33,747 nucleotides of DNA, taken from Flavobacteriales bacterium (GTDB taxonomy: Bacteria > Bacteroidota > Bacteroidia > Flavobacteriales_F > PHOS-HE28). Location of the stretch: contig JADZGG010000053.1 of the NCBI GenBank assembly GCA_020854015.1, positions 1 through 33,747 of the forward strand, given 5' to 3'. Positions within the stretch are counted from its first letter, which is position 1. Every line of letters begins with the position of its first letter. The notes under the pieces were generated by a model, which did not search any database, was not told the origin of the DNA, and worked only from the letters and a program-made list of their open reading frames with translations. The translations under genes were made by a program, and so were the position numbers. Below are positions 16,328 through 23,613 of this stretch, piece after piece.

Positions 16328-16678
16328 ATGAACACGCTGAAGAACAAAGTGCAGTTGATCGGGAACCTGGGCTTCGACCCGGAAGTGAGGGAGATCGCCA
16401 AGGGGCGTAAAGTGGCACGGATCAGCGTGGCCACGAACGACCGGTTCACGAATGCAGAGGGTGAAAAGGTGACGAACACCCAATGGCATACGGTTGTGGC
16501 TTGGGGCCGTACGGCCGAAATGGTGGAGCGCTTGCTCCGCAAAGGGAATTCCGTGGCGCTGGAGGGGCGCTTGGTGCACCGCAGCTACGAGGGTCGCGAT
16601 GGCAGCAAACGGTATGTGACGGAGATCGTGCTGAGCGACTTCCAATTGCTGACACCGAAAGCGCAGGCCGCGGCCTGA
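16328..16678 (+). CDS. ssb: Single-stranded DNA-binding protein, short tail-less OB-fold form (paralog 2)
   Basis: 116 aa. NKVQLIGNLGFDPEVR...ARISVATNDRFTN...TQWHTVVAWGRTAE...KGNSVALEGRLVHRSYEGRDGSKRYVTEIV. By eye it is about 60% identical to paralog 1. It ends ...TPKAQAAA with no acidic tip. Confidence 0.85.
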   Translation: MNTLKNKVQLIGNLGFDPEVREIAKGRKVARISVATNDRFTNAEGEKVTNTQWHTVVAWGRTAEMVERLLRKGNSVALEGRLVHRSYEGRDGSKRYVTEIVLSDFQLLTPKAQAAA

Positions 16679-16700
16679 GCGCTGCCCTGTCGTAGGGGGG

Positions 16701-16728
16701 GCGGGCCGGTGGGAGACCATCGGCCCGC
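16701..16728. terminator. GC-rich hairpin between convergent ssb-2 and a small membrane-protein gene
   Basis: GCGGGCCG, a 12-nt loop, then CGGCCCGC, read directly. There is no strong U-run, so confidence is modest. Confidence 0.45.
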
Positions 16729-16742
16729 TGTGCGTTCGGGTC

Positions 16743-16955
16743 CTAGCGGCGCAGCCAGCCTGCGAAGAGCGTTTGCAACCTAGGCAGCAGGACAAAGACC
16801 ATCAAGGGTACCAGTACGGCGGTCAATACCAGTGTACCTATGGGGATGGGCAGCCGCGCGAGGTGTTCGCCGAACAAGAGCATGAACAGGGTGATGGAAG
16901 GGTAGATGGCCAACCAGATCAGAACGGCCGACTTCCAACGAGGAGGGTGTTTCAT
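16743..16955 (-). CDS. Small two-TM membrane protein (70 aa), function unknown
   Basis: ATG at 16955 (MKHPPRWKSAVLIWLAIYPSITLFMLLFG...TLVLTAVLVPLMVFVLLPRL...). The longer track ORF to 17060 runs antisense through the tRNA and is rejected. Confidence 0.55.
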   Translation of the reverse strand: MKHPPRWKSAVLIWLAIYPSITLFMLLFGEHLARLPIPIGTLVLTAVLVPLMVFVLLPRLQTLFAGWLRR

Positions 16956-16978
16956 AGGGGCACAAAGGTGAACAGACG

Positions 16979-17010
16979 TTTGGCGGATCCTTCCGAACCT
17001 CCTACTTTTG
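16979..17010 (+). promoter_or_regulatory. Bacteroidota-type promoter for tRNA-Asn (-33 TTTG, -7 TACTTTTG)
   Basis: TTTG at 16979-16982, a 20-nt spacer, then an exact TAnnTTTG (TACTTTTG) at 17003-17010, 21 nt before the tRNA 5' end. Confidence 0.5.
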
Positions 17011-17030
17011 CCGTCCCTTAACGGGGACCT

Positions 17031-17104
17031 TCCCTGGTAGCTCAGCTGGTTAGAGCACATGACTGTTAATCATGGGGTCGCTGGTTCAAGTCCAGCCCGG
17101 GGAG
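17031..17104 (+). tRNA. tRNA-Asn (anticodon GTT)
   Basis: Hand-folded cloverleaf. Acceptor TCCCTGG/CCGGGGA; D arm GCTC-AGCTGGTTA-GAGC; anticodon arm CATGA-CTGTTAA-TCATG with GTT at 17065-17067; T arm GCTGG-TTCAAGT-CCAGC; discriminator G. CCA is not encoded. Confidence 0.95.
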
Positions 17105-17105
17105 C

Positions 17106-17138
17106 GAAAGGCCTCAGCAACAAGCTGGGGCCTTTTTC
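17106..17138 (+). terminator. Intrinsic terminator after tRNA-Asn
   Basis: AAAGGCC (17107-17113) pairs with GGCCTTT (17129-17135) and runs into a T5 tract (17133-17137). Confidence 0.55.
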
Positions 17139-17189
17139 GTTCCGCATCGCGTCCGACCTCGCATCTTTGCCCACCATTCCACAACCCCA

Positions 17190-18116
17190 ATGCAGCTTGT
17201 AACTGTTGGCACCGTCGCGTTCGACAACATTGAAACCCCCTTCGGCAGGGCCGATAAGGTCGTGGGCGGCGCCGCCACCTACATCTCTCTGGCCGCCTCT
17301 TTCTTTCTGAACAAGTCCGGGTTGGTGAGCGTGGTGGGCGACGACTTCCCCACGGACATGATGGATCTGATGCAGGCCAAGGGCGTGGACCTGACCGGGC
17401 TGGAGGTGCTGAAGGGCAAGGAGAGCTTCTTCTGGGCCGGCCGCTACCACTACGACATGAACACGCGCGACACGCTGGAAACGCGCCTGAACGTGCTGCT
17501 GGATCTGGACCCCAAGCTGCCCGAGAACTACAAGGCTGCGCCCTATGTGATGCTCGGCAACCTGGACCCCAAGGTGCAGGCCAAGGTGCTCGACCAGATG
17601 AGCGACCCCGCGCTGGTGGTGATGGACACCATGAACTTCTGGATGGACAGTGCCATGGAAGACCTCAAGAAGGTCATCGGCCGTGTGGACATCCTGTGCG
17701 TGAACGATGCGGAGGCGCGCCAGCTCAGCGGACAGCACAGCTTGGTGAAGGCCGCCAACACCATCCTGGCCATGGGTCCCACTTATCTGGTGGTGAAGAA
17801 GGGCGAGCACGGTGCGTTGCTCTTTAGCAAAGACCGCGTGTTCTTCGCACCGGCCATGCCCTTGGAGGACATTATCGACCCAACGGGCGCGGGCGACACA
17901 TTCGCTGGTGGCTTCATCGGTTACTTGGCCCGCACGCAGGACCATAGTTTCGACAACCTGAAGCGCGCCATCATCGTGGGCTCGGCCCTGGCCAGTTTCT
18001 GCTGCGAGAAGTTCGGCGTGCAGCGCCTGCTGGAGATCAAGCGTGAGGACATCGACGAACGCGTTCAACAGTTTGTGGACCTCGTCGACTTCGATATCGA
18101 GTTGGTGGAGGAGTGA
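17190..18116 (+). CDS. PfkB-family carbohydrate/sugar kinase
   Basis: 308 aa with the ribokinase-superfamily signature DPTGAGDTFAGGF near the C-terminus and the VGGAATY motif near the N-terminus. Confidence 0.9.
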   Translation: MQLVTVGTVAFDNIETPFGRADKVVGGAATYISLAASFFLNKSGLVSVVGDDFPTDMMDLMQAKGVDLTGLEVLKGKESFFWAGRYHYDMNTRDTLETRLNVLLDLDPKLPENYKAAPYVMLGNLDPKVQAKVLDQMSDPALVVMDTMNFWMDSAMEDLKKVIGRVDILCVNDAEARQLSGQHSLVKAANTILAMGPTYLVVKKGEHGALLFSKDRVFFAPAMPLEDIIDPTGAGDTFAGGFIGYLARTQDHSFDNLKRAIIVGSALASFCCEKFGVQRLLEIKREDIDERVQQFVDLVDFDIELVEE

Positions 18117-18119
18117 GCT

Positions 18120-18629
18120 TCAGAAGCTTACCAGTAACTGCCCCTTTTCCACGGCGGTCTTCTCCGCTGCATGCAGCTTCGTCACGGTGGCGTCGCCGGG
18201 GCTCTTGATCACGTTCTCCATCTTCATGGCCTCCAGGATCAACACGGGGTCGTTCTTCTTCACCGTGTCGCCCTCTTTCACCAGCAGCTTCAGCACCAGG
18301 CCGGGCATGGGGGCCTTGATCTCCTTCACGGCTGCGCCTTTGATCTTGTCCAAGCCAAGCGTGTTCATCAGGCGGCTCTGCTCGTCTTGGATCTGCACCG
18401 TGTAAGTGTGCGCGCCGATGCGCAGGCGAACGGTATTGGTCTCGCGGTCCTCCTTTAGCACCAGCACCCGGAAGCTGCGCCTTTGGTGCATCAGGCTGTA
18501 CTGACCAGGCCCGGTCCTCACCAGATCGGGCTTCGCGCCGTCGGGCAGGGTCCAGGGGGCGGAGGGGGAGGTGCGCTCCAACGCCAGCGGTTCGGTGCCG
18601 GCGTTGATGGTGGTGTAGAGCTTGGCCAT
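18120..18629 (-). CDS. Biotin carboxyl carrier (biotin/lipoyl attachment domain) protein
   Basis: 169 aa. The C-terminal biotinyl domain carries the biotinylation motif LEAMKMEN. No carboxylase partner lies adjacent. Confidence 0.85.
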   Translation of the reverse strand: MAKLYTTINAGTEPLALERTSPSAPWTLPDGAKPDLVRTGPGQYSLMHQRRSFRVLVLKEDRETNTVRLRIGAHTYTVQIQDEQSRLMNTLGLDKIKGAAVKEIKAPMPGLVLKLLVKEGDTVKKNDPVLILEAMKMENVIKSPGDATVTKLHAAEKTAVEKGQLLVSF

Positions 18630-18696
18630 GGGGCGTGAAAATACCGCGAAGCGGTCGGTTCTAGCGCAAGGATGCTACGAACGCGCCGAAGCCGGA

Positions 18697-19170
18697 TCAG
18701 TCGAAGAGGCCCTCATCCCCCAGCTGCTCATACACCTCGTCCACGGCCAGGTCCTTCTGTTCGCGCGCGGCCACGGCCAGACGGTCGCACAGCTCATTCT
18801 GGGGGTGCCCGCTGTGCCCACGGATCCACCGGAAGTGAACACGGTGCTGGCGGTAGCTCTTCAGGAAGCGCTGCCAGAGGTCGGGGTTCTTCTTCTTCTT
18901 GAATCCGGTCTTCTCCCACGTGAACAACCAGCCCTTCTCCACGCTGTCCACCACGTACTTGCTGTCGCTCACGATGGTGATGTCCTGCCCCGGGCTCTTG
19001 AGCGACTCCAAGGCCACGATCGCCGCGAGCAGCTCCATGCGGTTGTTGGTGGTGCGGCGGTATCCGCCCCACAGCTCCTTGCGATGCGGACCGGCCTCCA
19101 GCACCACGCCGTAGCCACCCGGACCCGGATTGCCGCTGGCGGCGCCGTCGGTGTAAGCGGTGATCTTCAT
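18697..19170 (-). CDS. rnhA: Ribonuclease HI
   Basis: ATG at 19170 (MKITAYTDGAASGNPGPGGYG...TNNRMEL...SDSKYV...GHSGHPQNELCDRLA). The start overlaps the upstream gene's stop as ATGA. Confidence 0.93.
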   Translation of the reverse strand: MKITAYTDGAASGNPGPGGYGVVLEAGPHRKELWGGYRRTTNNRMELLAAIVALESLKSPGQDITIVSDSKYVVDSVEKGWLFTWEKTGFKKKKNPDLWQRFLKSYRQHRVHFRWIRGHSGHPQNELCDRLAVAAREQKDLAVDEVYEQLGDEGLFD

Positions 19171-19523
19171 CTGGGCGCGGTCATCATCATGGTCAGGGCG
19201 CCGAAGATCGTCAGCAAGGTGAGGAACCACAGCAGGGTCATGCGTTTTCGCCACAGGGCATAGCTGATGGCTAGACCCAACGTGCCACCGATCGCGATCA
19301 GCCAGCGGCTTCGGGCTAGGTAGAATTCCTTGGTGACGAATTCGGGCCCAGCCTCCTCGCTACCGAAGGGGTAGCCTGCATCACCATCGGTCGAGGTGAG
19401 CATGTTGTATTCCTGGATCAAGAAGGTGATCATGACGACCAGTAAGAACAGGACGAGGGCCGGCAGCATGTTCTGCACCCAAACCGTGAACCCCCGCTTC
19501 GGTCCGTTTCCGCCTTTCTTCAC
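19167..19523 (-). CDS. Small integral membrane protein (about 3 TM), function unknown
   Basis: 118 aa. The GTG start overlaps the marC-family stop (GTGA at 19520-19523) and the stop overlaps the rnhA start. Hydrophobic segments: LPALVLFLLVVMITFLI, WLIAIGGTLGLAISYALW, LLWFLTLLTIFGALTMMM. Confidence 0.6.
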   Translation of the reverse strand: MKKGGNGPKRGFTVWVQNMLPALVLFLLVVMITFLIQEYNMLTSTDGDAGYPFGSEEAGPEFVTKEFYLARSRWLIAIGGTLGLAISYALWRKRMTLLWFLTLLTIFGALTMMMTAPR

Positions 19524-20161
19524 CCGTGCGGGAAGAGGTACGTGATGTTCCCCGCGAACAGCTTCACACTGATCGCGAGTAGGATGATGCCGAAGGCCTT
19601 GCGTAATACAATGAGGCCCACGCGGCCCAGCAGGCGCTCGATGCGGTTGGTGAGCAGGAGCACCACCACCACCACCACCATGTTCAGCAGGATGGCCACC
19701 AAGATGTTGGCGCGATCGATCTCCGCGCGTAACGAGAGGATGGTGGTGATGGTGCCGGCACCTGCGATCACCGGAAAGGCCAGCGGCACGATGCTGTACA
19801 CCTTGTGGTCGTCCGCGCCCGTGGGCAGGCCGGGAGCTGAGGTGTCCTCCTTGAAGAGCTTCACGCCCAGGATCATCTCCAGCGCAATGAAGAAGAGCAC
19901 CAGCGAACCGGCGACCGCGAAGGAGTTCACATCGAGCCCCAGGAACTTCAGGATGGTCTCCCCCAGGAAGAGGAAGGTGACCATGATGGCGAGGCTCACC
20001 AGCGTGGCGCGGGCCGGGTAGATCTTGCCCGCCTTCTGTCGTACCTGCAGGATCAGAGGGATGCCTCCCACGATATCGATCACCGCAAAGAGCACGAGGA
20101 AGGCCTTTCCGATCTGGGCGATGTCGAGTTCCATGGTGCGAAGATCTCCACTGAAAGCCAC
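19520..20161 (-). CDS. MarC-family (UPF0056/NAAT) integral membrane protein
   Basis: A multi-TM protein with the MarC-like pattern (FLVLFAVIDIVGGIPLIL..., IVPLAFPVIAGAGTITT...). The start may be ATG 20134 (MELDIAQ...) rather than 20161. Confidence 0.82.
   Translation of the reverse strand: MAFSGDLRTMELDIAQIGKAFLVLFAVIDIVGGIPLILQVRQKAGKIYPARATLVSLAIMVTFLFLGETILKFLGLDVNSFAVAGSLVLFFIALEMILGVKLFKEDTSAPGLPTGADDHKVYSIVPLAFPVIAGAGTITTILSLRAEIDRANILVAILLNMVVVVVVLLLTNRIERLLGRVGLIVLRKAFGIILLAISVKLFAGNITYLFPHG
19661..19680. repeat. (CAC)6 trinucleotide run inside the marC-family gene, encoding Val6
   Basis: caccaccaccaccaccacca, read directly. It is in frame, so length changes would not frameshift. 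Confidence 0.9.
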
Positions 20162-20197
20162 GAGCCGTAAGCCTTTAGCCGCGAGCTTTCAACGGGG

Positions 20198-20782
20198 TCA
20201 GGCTCGTGGCTCTTGGATCAGCGCTTCCGCCAACTTCTCCACCACCTTCGGATAATGCGCATGCTCTAACTCGTGGATCCGTGCGGCCAAGGTCTCGGGC
20301 GAGTCGTCGGGCAGAACGGGGCACTTGGGCTGGAAGATGTGCTCGCCTTCGTCGTATCGCTCGTTGACATAGTGGATGGTGATGCCGCTCTCCTTCTCCT
20401 TTGCCGCGACCACTGCTTCGTGCACATGGTGGCCGTACATGCCTTTCCCGCCGTATCGGGGCAGCAATGCTGGGTGGATGTTCACGATGCGCTGTGGAAA
20501 GGCCCTCACCAGTTCCACTGGGATCAGGCGCATGAATCCGGCCAATACCACAAGGTCGATGCGTTGACCCTGAAGTTCACATTGCACGGTTCCGTTCTTC
20601 AATTGCGTCCCAGTGAACAAGTAGCTCGGCACACCAAGGTCCCATGCCCGTTGCAGAACGCCAGCTTCCGGTTGGTCACAGGCCACCAGCACCACGCGGC
20701 CCTTCACATGCTGAGCGAAATGCTCGATCATGCGTTGGGCGTTGCTTCCGGAACCGGAGGCCAGAACAGCGATGCGGATCAT
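20198..20782 (-). CDS. purN: Phosphoribosylglycinamide formyltransferase
   Basis: 194 aa. Contains [14 protein letters not shown]... and the [12 protein letters not shown] catalytic motif. Confidence 0.95.
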   Translation of the reverse strand: MIRIAVLASGSGSNAQRMIEHFAQHVKGRVVLVACDQPEAGVLQRAWDLGVPSYLFTGTQLKNGTVQCELQGQRIDLVVLAGFMRLIPVELVRAFPQRIVNIHPALLPRYGGKGMYGHHVHEAVVAAKEKESGITIHYVNERYDEGEHIFQPKCPVLPDDSPETLAARIHELEHAHYPKVVEKLAEALIQEPRA

Positions 20783-21093
20783 GCGTTGGTCGCCGAAGCG
20801 TAGGGCCTAAGCATGGTGCTAAGGTGCATAGTTCCTTGCGATGTTCGGCCACTCGGGCGTCCGGGCGACCGGAGGTTCTCGCGCTACCTGGCCAGGTCGC
20901 TCAGGGCCCGAGGGGTCCGGTGGCCCATATCCGCTTTCGTTGGTGCCCATGGACGGCACCACAGCCGTCTTTTTGTCTTCTGTATCGTACCGTAAGTCCT
21001 TGGTACAGTTGCTTTTGCACGACTGATGAACAGGTGGCGGCACGGCGTATGGAACATGTGCTTCCTGTGCAGCCTCAACTAAAACGCACGGAC

Positions 21094-21330
21094 TTGTCGG
21101 ACATCAAGTCAAGGGTCATCGCGATCATCGTGGACAAGCTCGGTGTTGACCAGGGCGAAGTCACGCCGGAAGCGAGCTTTACCAACGACCTTGGCGCTGA
21201 CAGCCTCGATACGGTCGAGCTCATCATGGAGTTCGAGAAGGAGTTCAACATCGCCATTCCCGACGATCAGGCCGAAAAGATCCAGACCGTGGGTCAGGCC
21301 GTTGATTACGTCGAGAAGAACGCGAAGTAA
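21094..21330 (+). CDS. acpP: Acyl carrier protein
   Basis: (M)[17 protein letters not shown]...[16 protein letters not shown]... with the phosphopantetheine Ser in DSL. Canonical ACP length requires the TTG at 21094. An in-frame ATG at 21049 would add 15 atypical residues. Confidence 0.9.
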   Translation: MSDIKSRVIAIIVDKLGVDQGEVTPEASFTNDLGADSLDTVELIMEFEKEFNIAIPDDQAEKIQTVGQAVDYVEKNAK

Positions 21331-21339
21331 GCCGCCCGC

Positions 21340-22590
21340 ATGGAGCTCAGACGTGTGGTCGTCACCGGTCTGGGCGCGCTCACTCCTCTCGGAAATACCC
21401 TCACGGAATCCTGGGAGGGCCTGTTGAGCGGCCGTAGCGGAGCTGCGCCCATCACACGCTTCGACGCCTCGAAGTTCAAGACCCAGTTCGCCTGTGAGGT
21501 CAAGGGGTTCAACCCCGAGGATTTCATGGACCGCAAGGAGGCCCGTAAGACGGACCCTTATGCACAGTTCGCGCTGATCTGTGCGGATGAAGCCCTGCGT
21601 GACAGCGGATTGCTCACGGACGCCGTGGACCGCGAACGCATCGGTGTGATCTGGGGCAGTGGCATCGGTGGGCTGAAGACCTTCCAGGACGAATGCATCG
21701 CGTTCGGTCGGGGTGACGGTACGCCTCGCTTCAACCCCTTTTTCATTCCGAAGATGATCGCGGACAGCGCCGCTGGGCTCGTGAGCATGCGCCATGTGTT
21801 ACGTGGCCCCAGCTACGTTACAGCAAGCGCCTGTGCCTCCAGCAACAACGCCCTCATCGACGCGTTCAACTACATCCGCCTAGGCACTTGTGTGGCCATG
21901 GTGACCGGTGGCAGCGAAGCGGCGATCTGTGAAGCTGGAGTAGGGGGCTTCAATGCGCTCCACGCCATGAGCACCCGCAACGACGACCCCACGACCGCCT
22001 CACGACCTTACGATAAGGATCGCGATGGTTTCGTACTGGGCGAAGGCGGTGCTGCGATCATTCTGGAGGATCTGGAGCACGCCCTTGCGCGTGGCGCCAA
22101 GATCTACGCGGAGGTGATCGGTGGTGGCATGAGCAGCGATGCCTACCACATCACGGCACCCCACCCGGAAGGTCTCGGTGCTGAGCTCTGTATGAAGCAT
22201 GCCTTGGCTGATGCGCACATCAGCCCTTCGGAGGTCGACTACATCAACACGCACGGTACCAGCACCCCCATTGGCGATCCACAGGAGGTGAAGGCCATTC
22301 AACGTCTTTTCGGCGAACACGCGTACAAGCTCAACATCAGCGCCACCAAGAGCATGACCGGGCATCTGCTCGGCGGTGCTGGCGCAGTGGAGGGCATGGC
22401 CGCGATCATGTCCGTTTACACCGACACGGTGCCGCCGACAATCAATCATTTCACGGACGATCCCGAGATCGACCCCCGGTTGAACTTCACGTTCAACACC
22501 GCCCAAAAGCGCACGGTGAACGCCGCCATGAGCAACACCTTCGGGTTCGGCGGCCACAACACCGCGGTGATCTTCCGCAAGTACCGGTAA
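21340..22590 (+). CDS. fabF: Beta-ketoacyl-ACP synthase II
   Basis: 416 aa. Active-site Cys in TASACASS, His motifs HGTSTP and GHLLGGAG, and C-terminal NTFGFGGHN. Confidence 0.97.
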   Translation: MELRRVVVTGLGALTPLGNTLTESWEGLLSGRSGAAPITRFDASKFKTQFACEVKGFNPEDFMDRKEARKTDPYAQFALICADEALRDSGLLTDAVDRERIGVIWGSGIGGLKTFQDECIAFGRGDGTPRFNPFFIPKMIADSAAGLVSMRHVLRGPSYVTASACASSNNALIDAFNYIRLGTCVAMVTGGSEAAICEAGVGGFNALHAMSTRNDDPTTASRPYDKDRDGFVLGEGGAAIILEDLEHALARGAKIYAEVIGGGMSSDAYHITAPHPEGLGAELCMKHALADAHISPSEVDYINTHGTSTPIGDPQEVKAIQRLFGEHAYKLNISATKSMTGHLLGGAGAVEGMAAIMSVYTDTVPPTINHFTDDPEIDPRLNFTFNTAQKRTVNAAMSNTFGFGGHNTAVIFRKYR

Positions 22591-22596
22591 TCCACC

Positions 22597-23511
22597 TTGT
22601 TCTCCCGATTCTTCAGCCGCGCCGCCAACGCCGAGGAGCGTCGTATCCGTGCTTGGTGCCGCAAGACATTCGGCGTTACCCCGCGTAACCTGCCCCTCTA
22701 TCGGCAGGCCCTTCGCCACAGTAGTGCCAATACCGACGAAGCACCGAACCTGCCCAACAACGAACGGCTGGAGTTTCTCGGCGATGCCGTGTTGGACGCG
22801 GTGATCGGAGAGCTGCTGTTCAACATGTACCCGGATCAGGGTGAAGGCTTCCTGACGCGTATGCGCAGCATGCTCGTGAGCCGCCACCAGTTGAACATCC
22901 TTGCTCGCAAGGTGGAGATCGAACGGGTCGTGGAGAGCAATCTGGGCCGTCAGCAGGAGACCAGTGTTCCGGGCAACGCCTTGGAGGCCGTGATCGGCGC
23001 TTTGTTCCTGGACAAGGGCTTCGAGAAAACACGCAAAGCGGTGGTCGCTCTGTTGAAGCAGCACTTCGACCTCAAGACCATTGAACAGGAGGACCGCGAC
23101 AGCAAGAGCCGCCTGTTGGAGTGGGGTCAGAAGAAGCGCAGAAAGGTGGAGTTCCACATCAGCGAGGAAAGTGGCCGCGGTGGTCGTGGCAAAGTCTACG
23201 TCTGCGAGGTGAAGGTGGAGGGCGAAGTGCGGGGCACCGGCCGTGGCATGAGCAAGAAGAAGGCGGAGCAGGATGCGGCACAGGCCGCCTTCCGCAGCAT
23301 GCGCCATCGCGAGGGTCCGCAACGTGAAGGCGTTCGGCCCGAAGGCCCACGTCGCGAGAAGCCACACGAACCCAGGGATGGACAGCGCTCGAACGATCGT
23401 CGGGAACAACGCCCGCGTCGTGATGGCCGTGATCGGGCCTCCCGCCACCCCCGTCAGCATGGCCCCGGTCAAGGGCCCAGACCCGTAGGTTCCGACGGTC
23501 CGGATGAATGA
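22597..23511 (+). CDS. rnc: Ribonuclease III with a ~70-aa Arg/Glu/Pro-rich C-terminal extension
   Basis: TTG start at 22597. Catalytic signature ERLEFLGDAVLD. The dsRBD ends around ...KKKAEQDAAQAAFRSM (about residue 235). The frame then stays open for about 70 more codons of low-complexity sequence. Confidence 0.92.
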   Translation: MFSRFFSRAANAEERRIRAWCRKTFGVTPRNLPLYRQALRHSSANTDEAPNLPNNERLEFLGDAVLDAVIGELLFNMYPDQGEGFLTRMRSMLVSRHQLNILARKVEIERVVESNLGRQQETSVPGNALEAVIGALFLDKGFEKTRKAVVALLKQHFDLKTIEQEDRDSKSRLLEWGQKKRRKVEFHISEESGRGGRGKVYVCEVKVEGEVRGTGRGMSKKKAEQDAAQAAFRSMRHREGPQREGVRPEGPRREKPHEPRDGQRSNDRREQRPRRDGRDRASRHPRQHGPGQGPRPVGSDGPDE

Positions 23512-23613
23512 GGTTGTGGTGCACGCCGTGTATTTCAGATGGCCTTCAGACCGCGGCAACGCTGCGGTGGTCCACCGACCTACCTTTGGAGGGACCGACC
23601 GCAAGCAGGAACA

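Noticed and set aside
11471-16678. The ssb direct repeats as ends of a transposon, integrative element or other mobile element.
   Set aside because: There is no transposase, integrase, recombinase, terminal inverted repeats or target-site duplication visible. The repeats are diverged (about 60-75% identical) functional gene copies rather than element termini.
16187-16795. A minus-strand 202-aa ORF and its look-alike at 11480-11836, whose translations resemble each other (…KDHWSVKQIRAVVICRR versus …KEDWSLRVIRPIVICRR).
   Set aside because: The similarity is a by-product of the duplicated ssb locus on the opposite strand. Both ORFs run antisense through ssb and the conserved upstream block, and neither has coding-like features of its own.
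16956-17060. N-terminal ORF extensions offered by the track. Examples: 16956-17060 over the tRNA, 3585-3839 before L25, 20644-21093 before acpP, 30485-30769 before cvpA, 26142-26228, 7160-7312 and 14103-14231.
   Set aside because: These extensions overlap neighbouring genes or the tRNA and lack homology-like sequence. Internal starts give canonical N-termini or signal peptides.
18120-18629. A stand-alone biotin carboxyl carrier protein with no adjacent carboxylase or decarboxylase subunits, considered as a possible orphan or novel system component.
   Set aside because: From memory, I believe BCCP-type genes are commonly unlinked from their partner subunits in Bacteroidota. Nothing in the sequence itself is unusual.
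20783-21093. Tested the purN-acpP spacer, on both strands, against remembered consensus for SRP (4.5S) RNA, RNase P RNA and the ZTP/pfl riboswitch. ZTP was attractive because purN is adjacent.
   Set aside because: I could not find the SRP GGAAGCAGC-type helix-8 motif, the RNase P GAGGAAAGUCC box or the ZTP ACUGGCG / CCGCCUGGGC pseudoknot pair. The region is kept only as an unclassified structured element.
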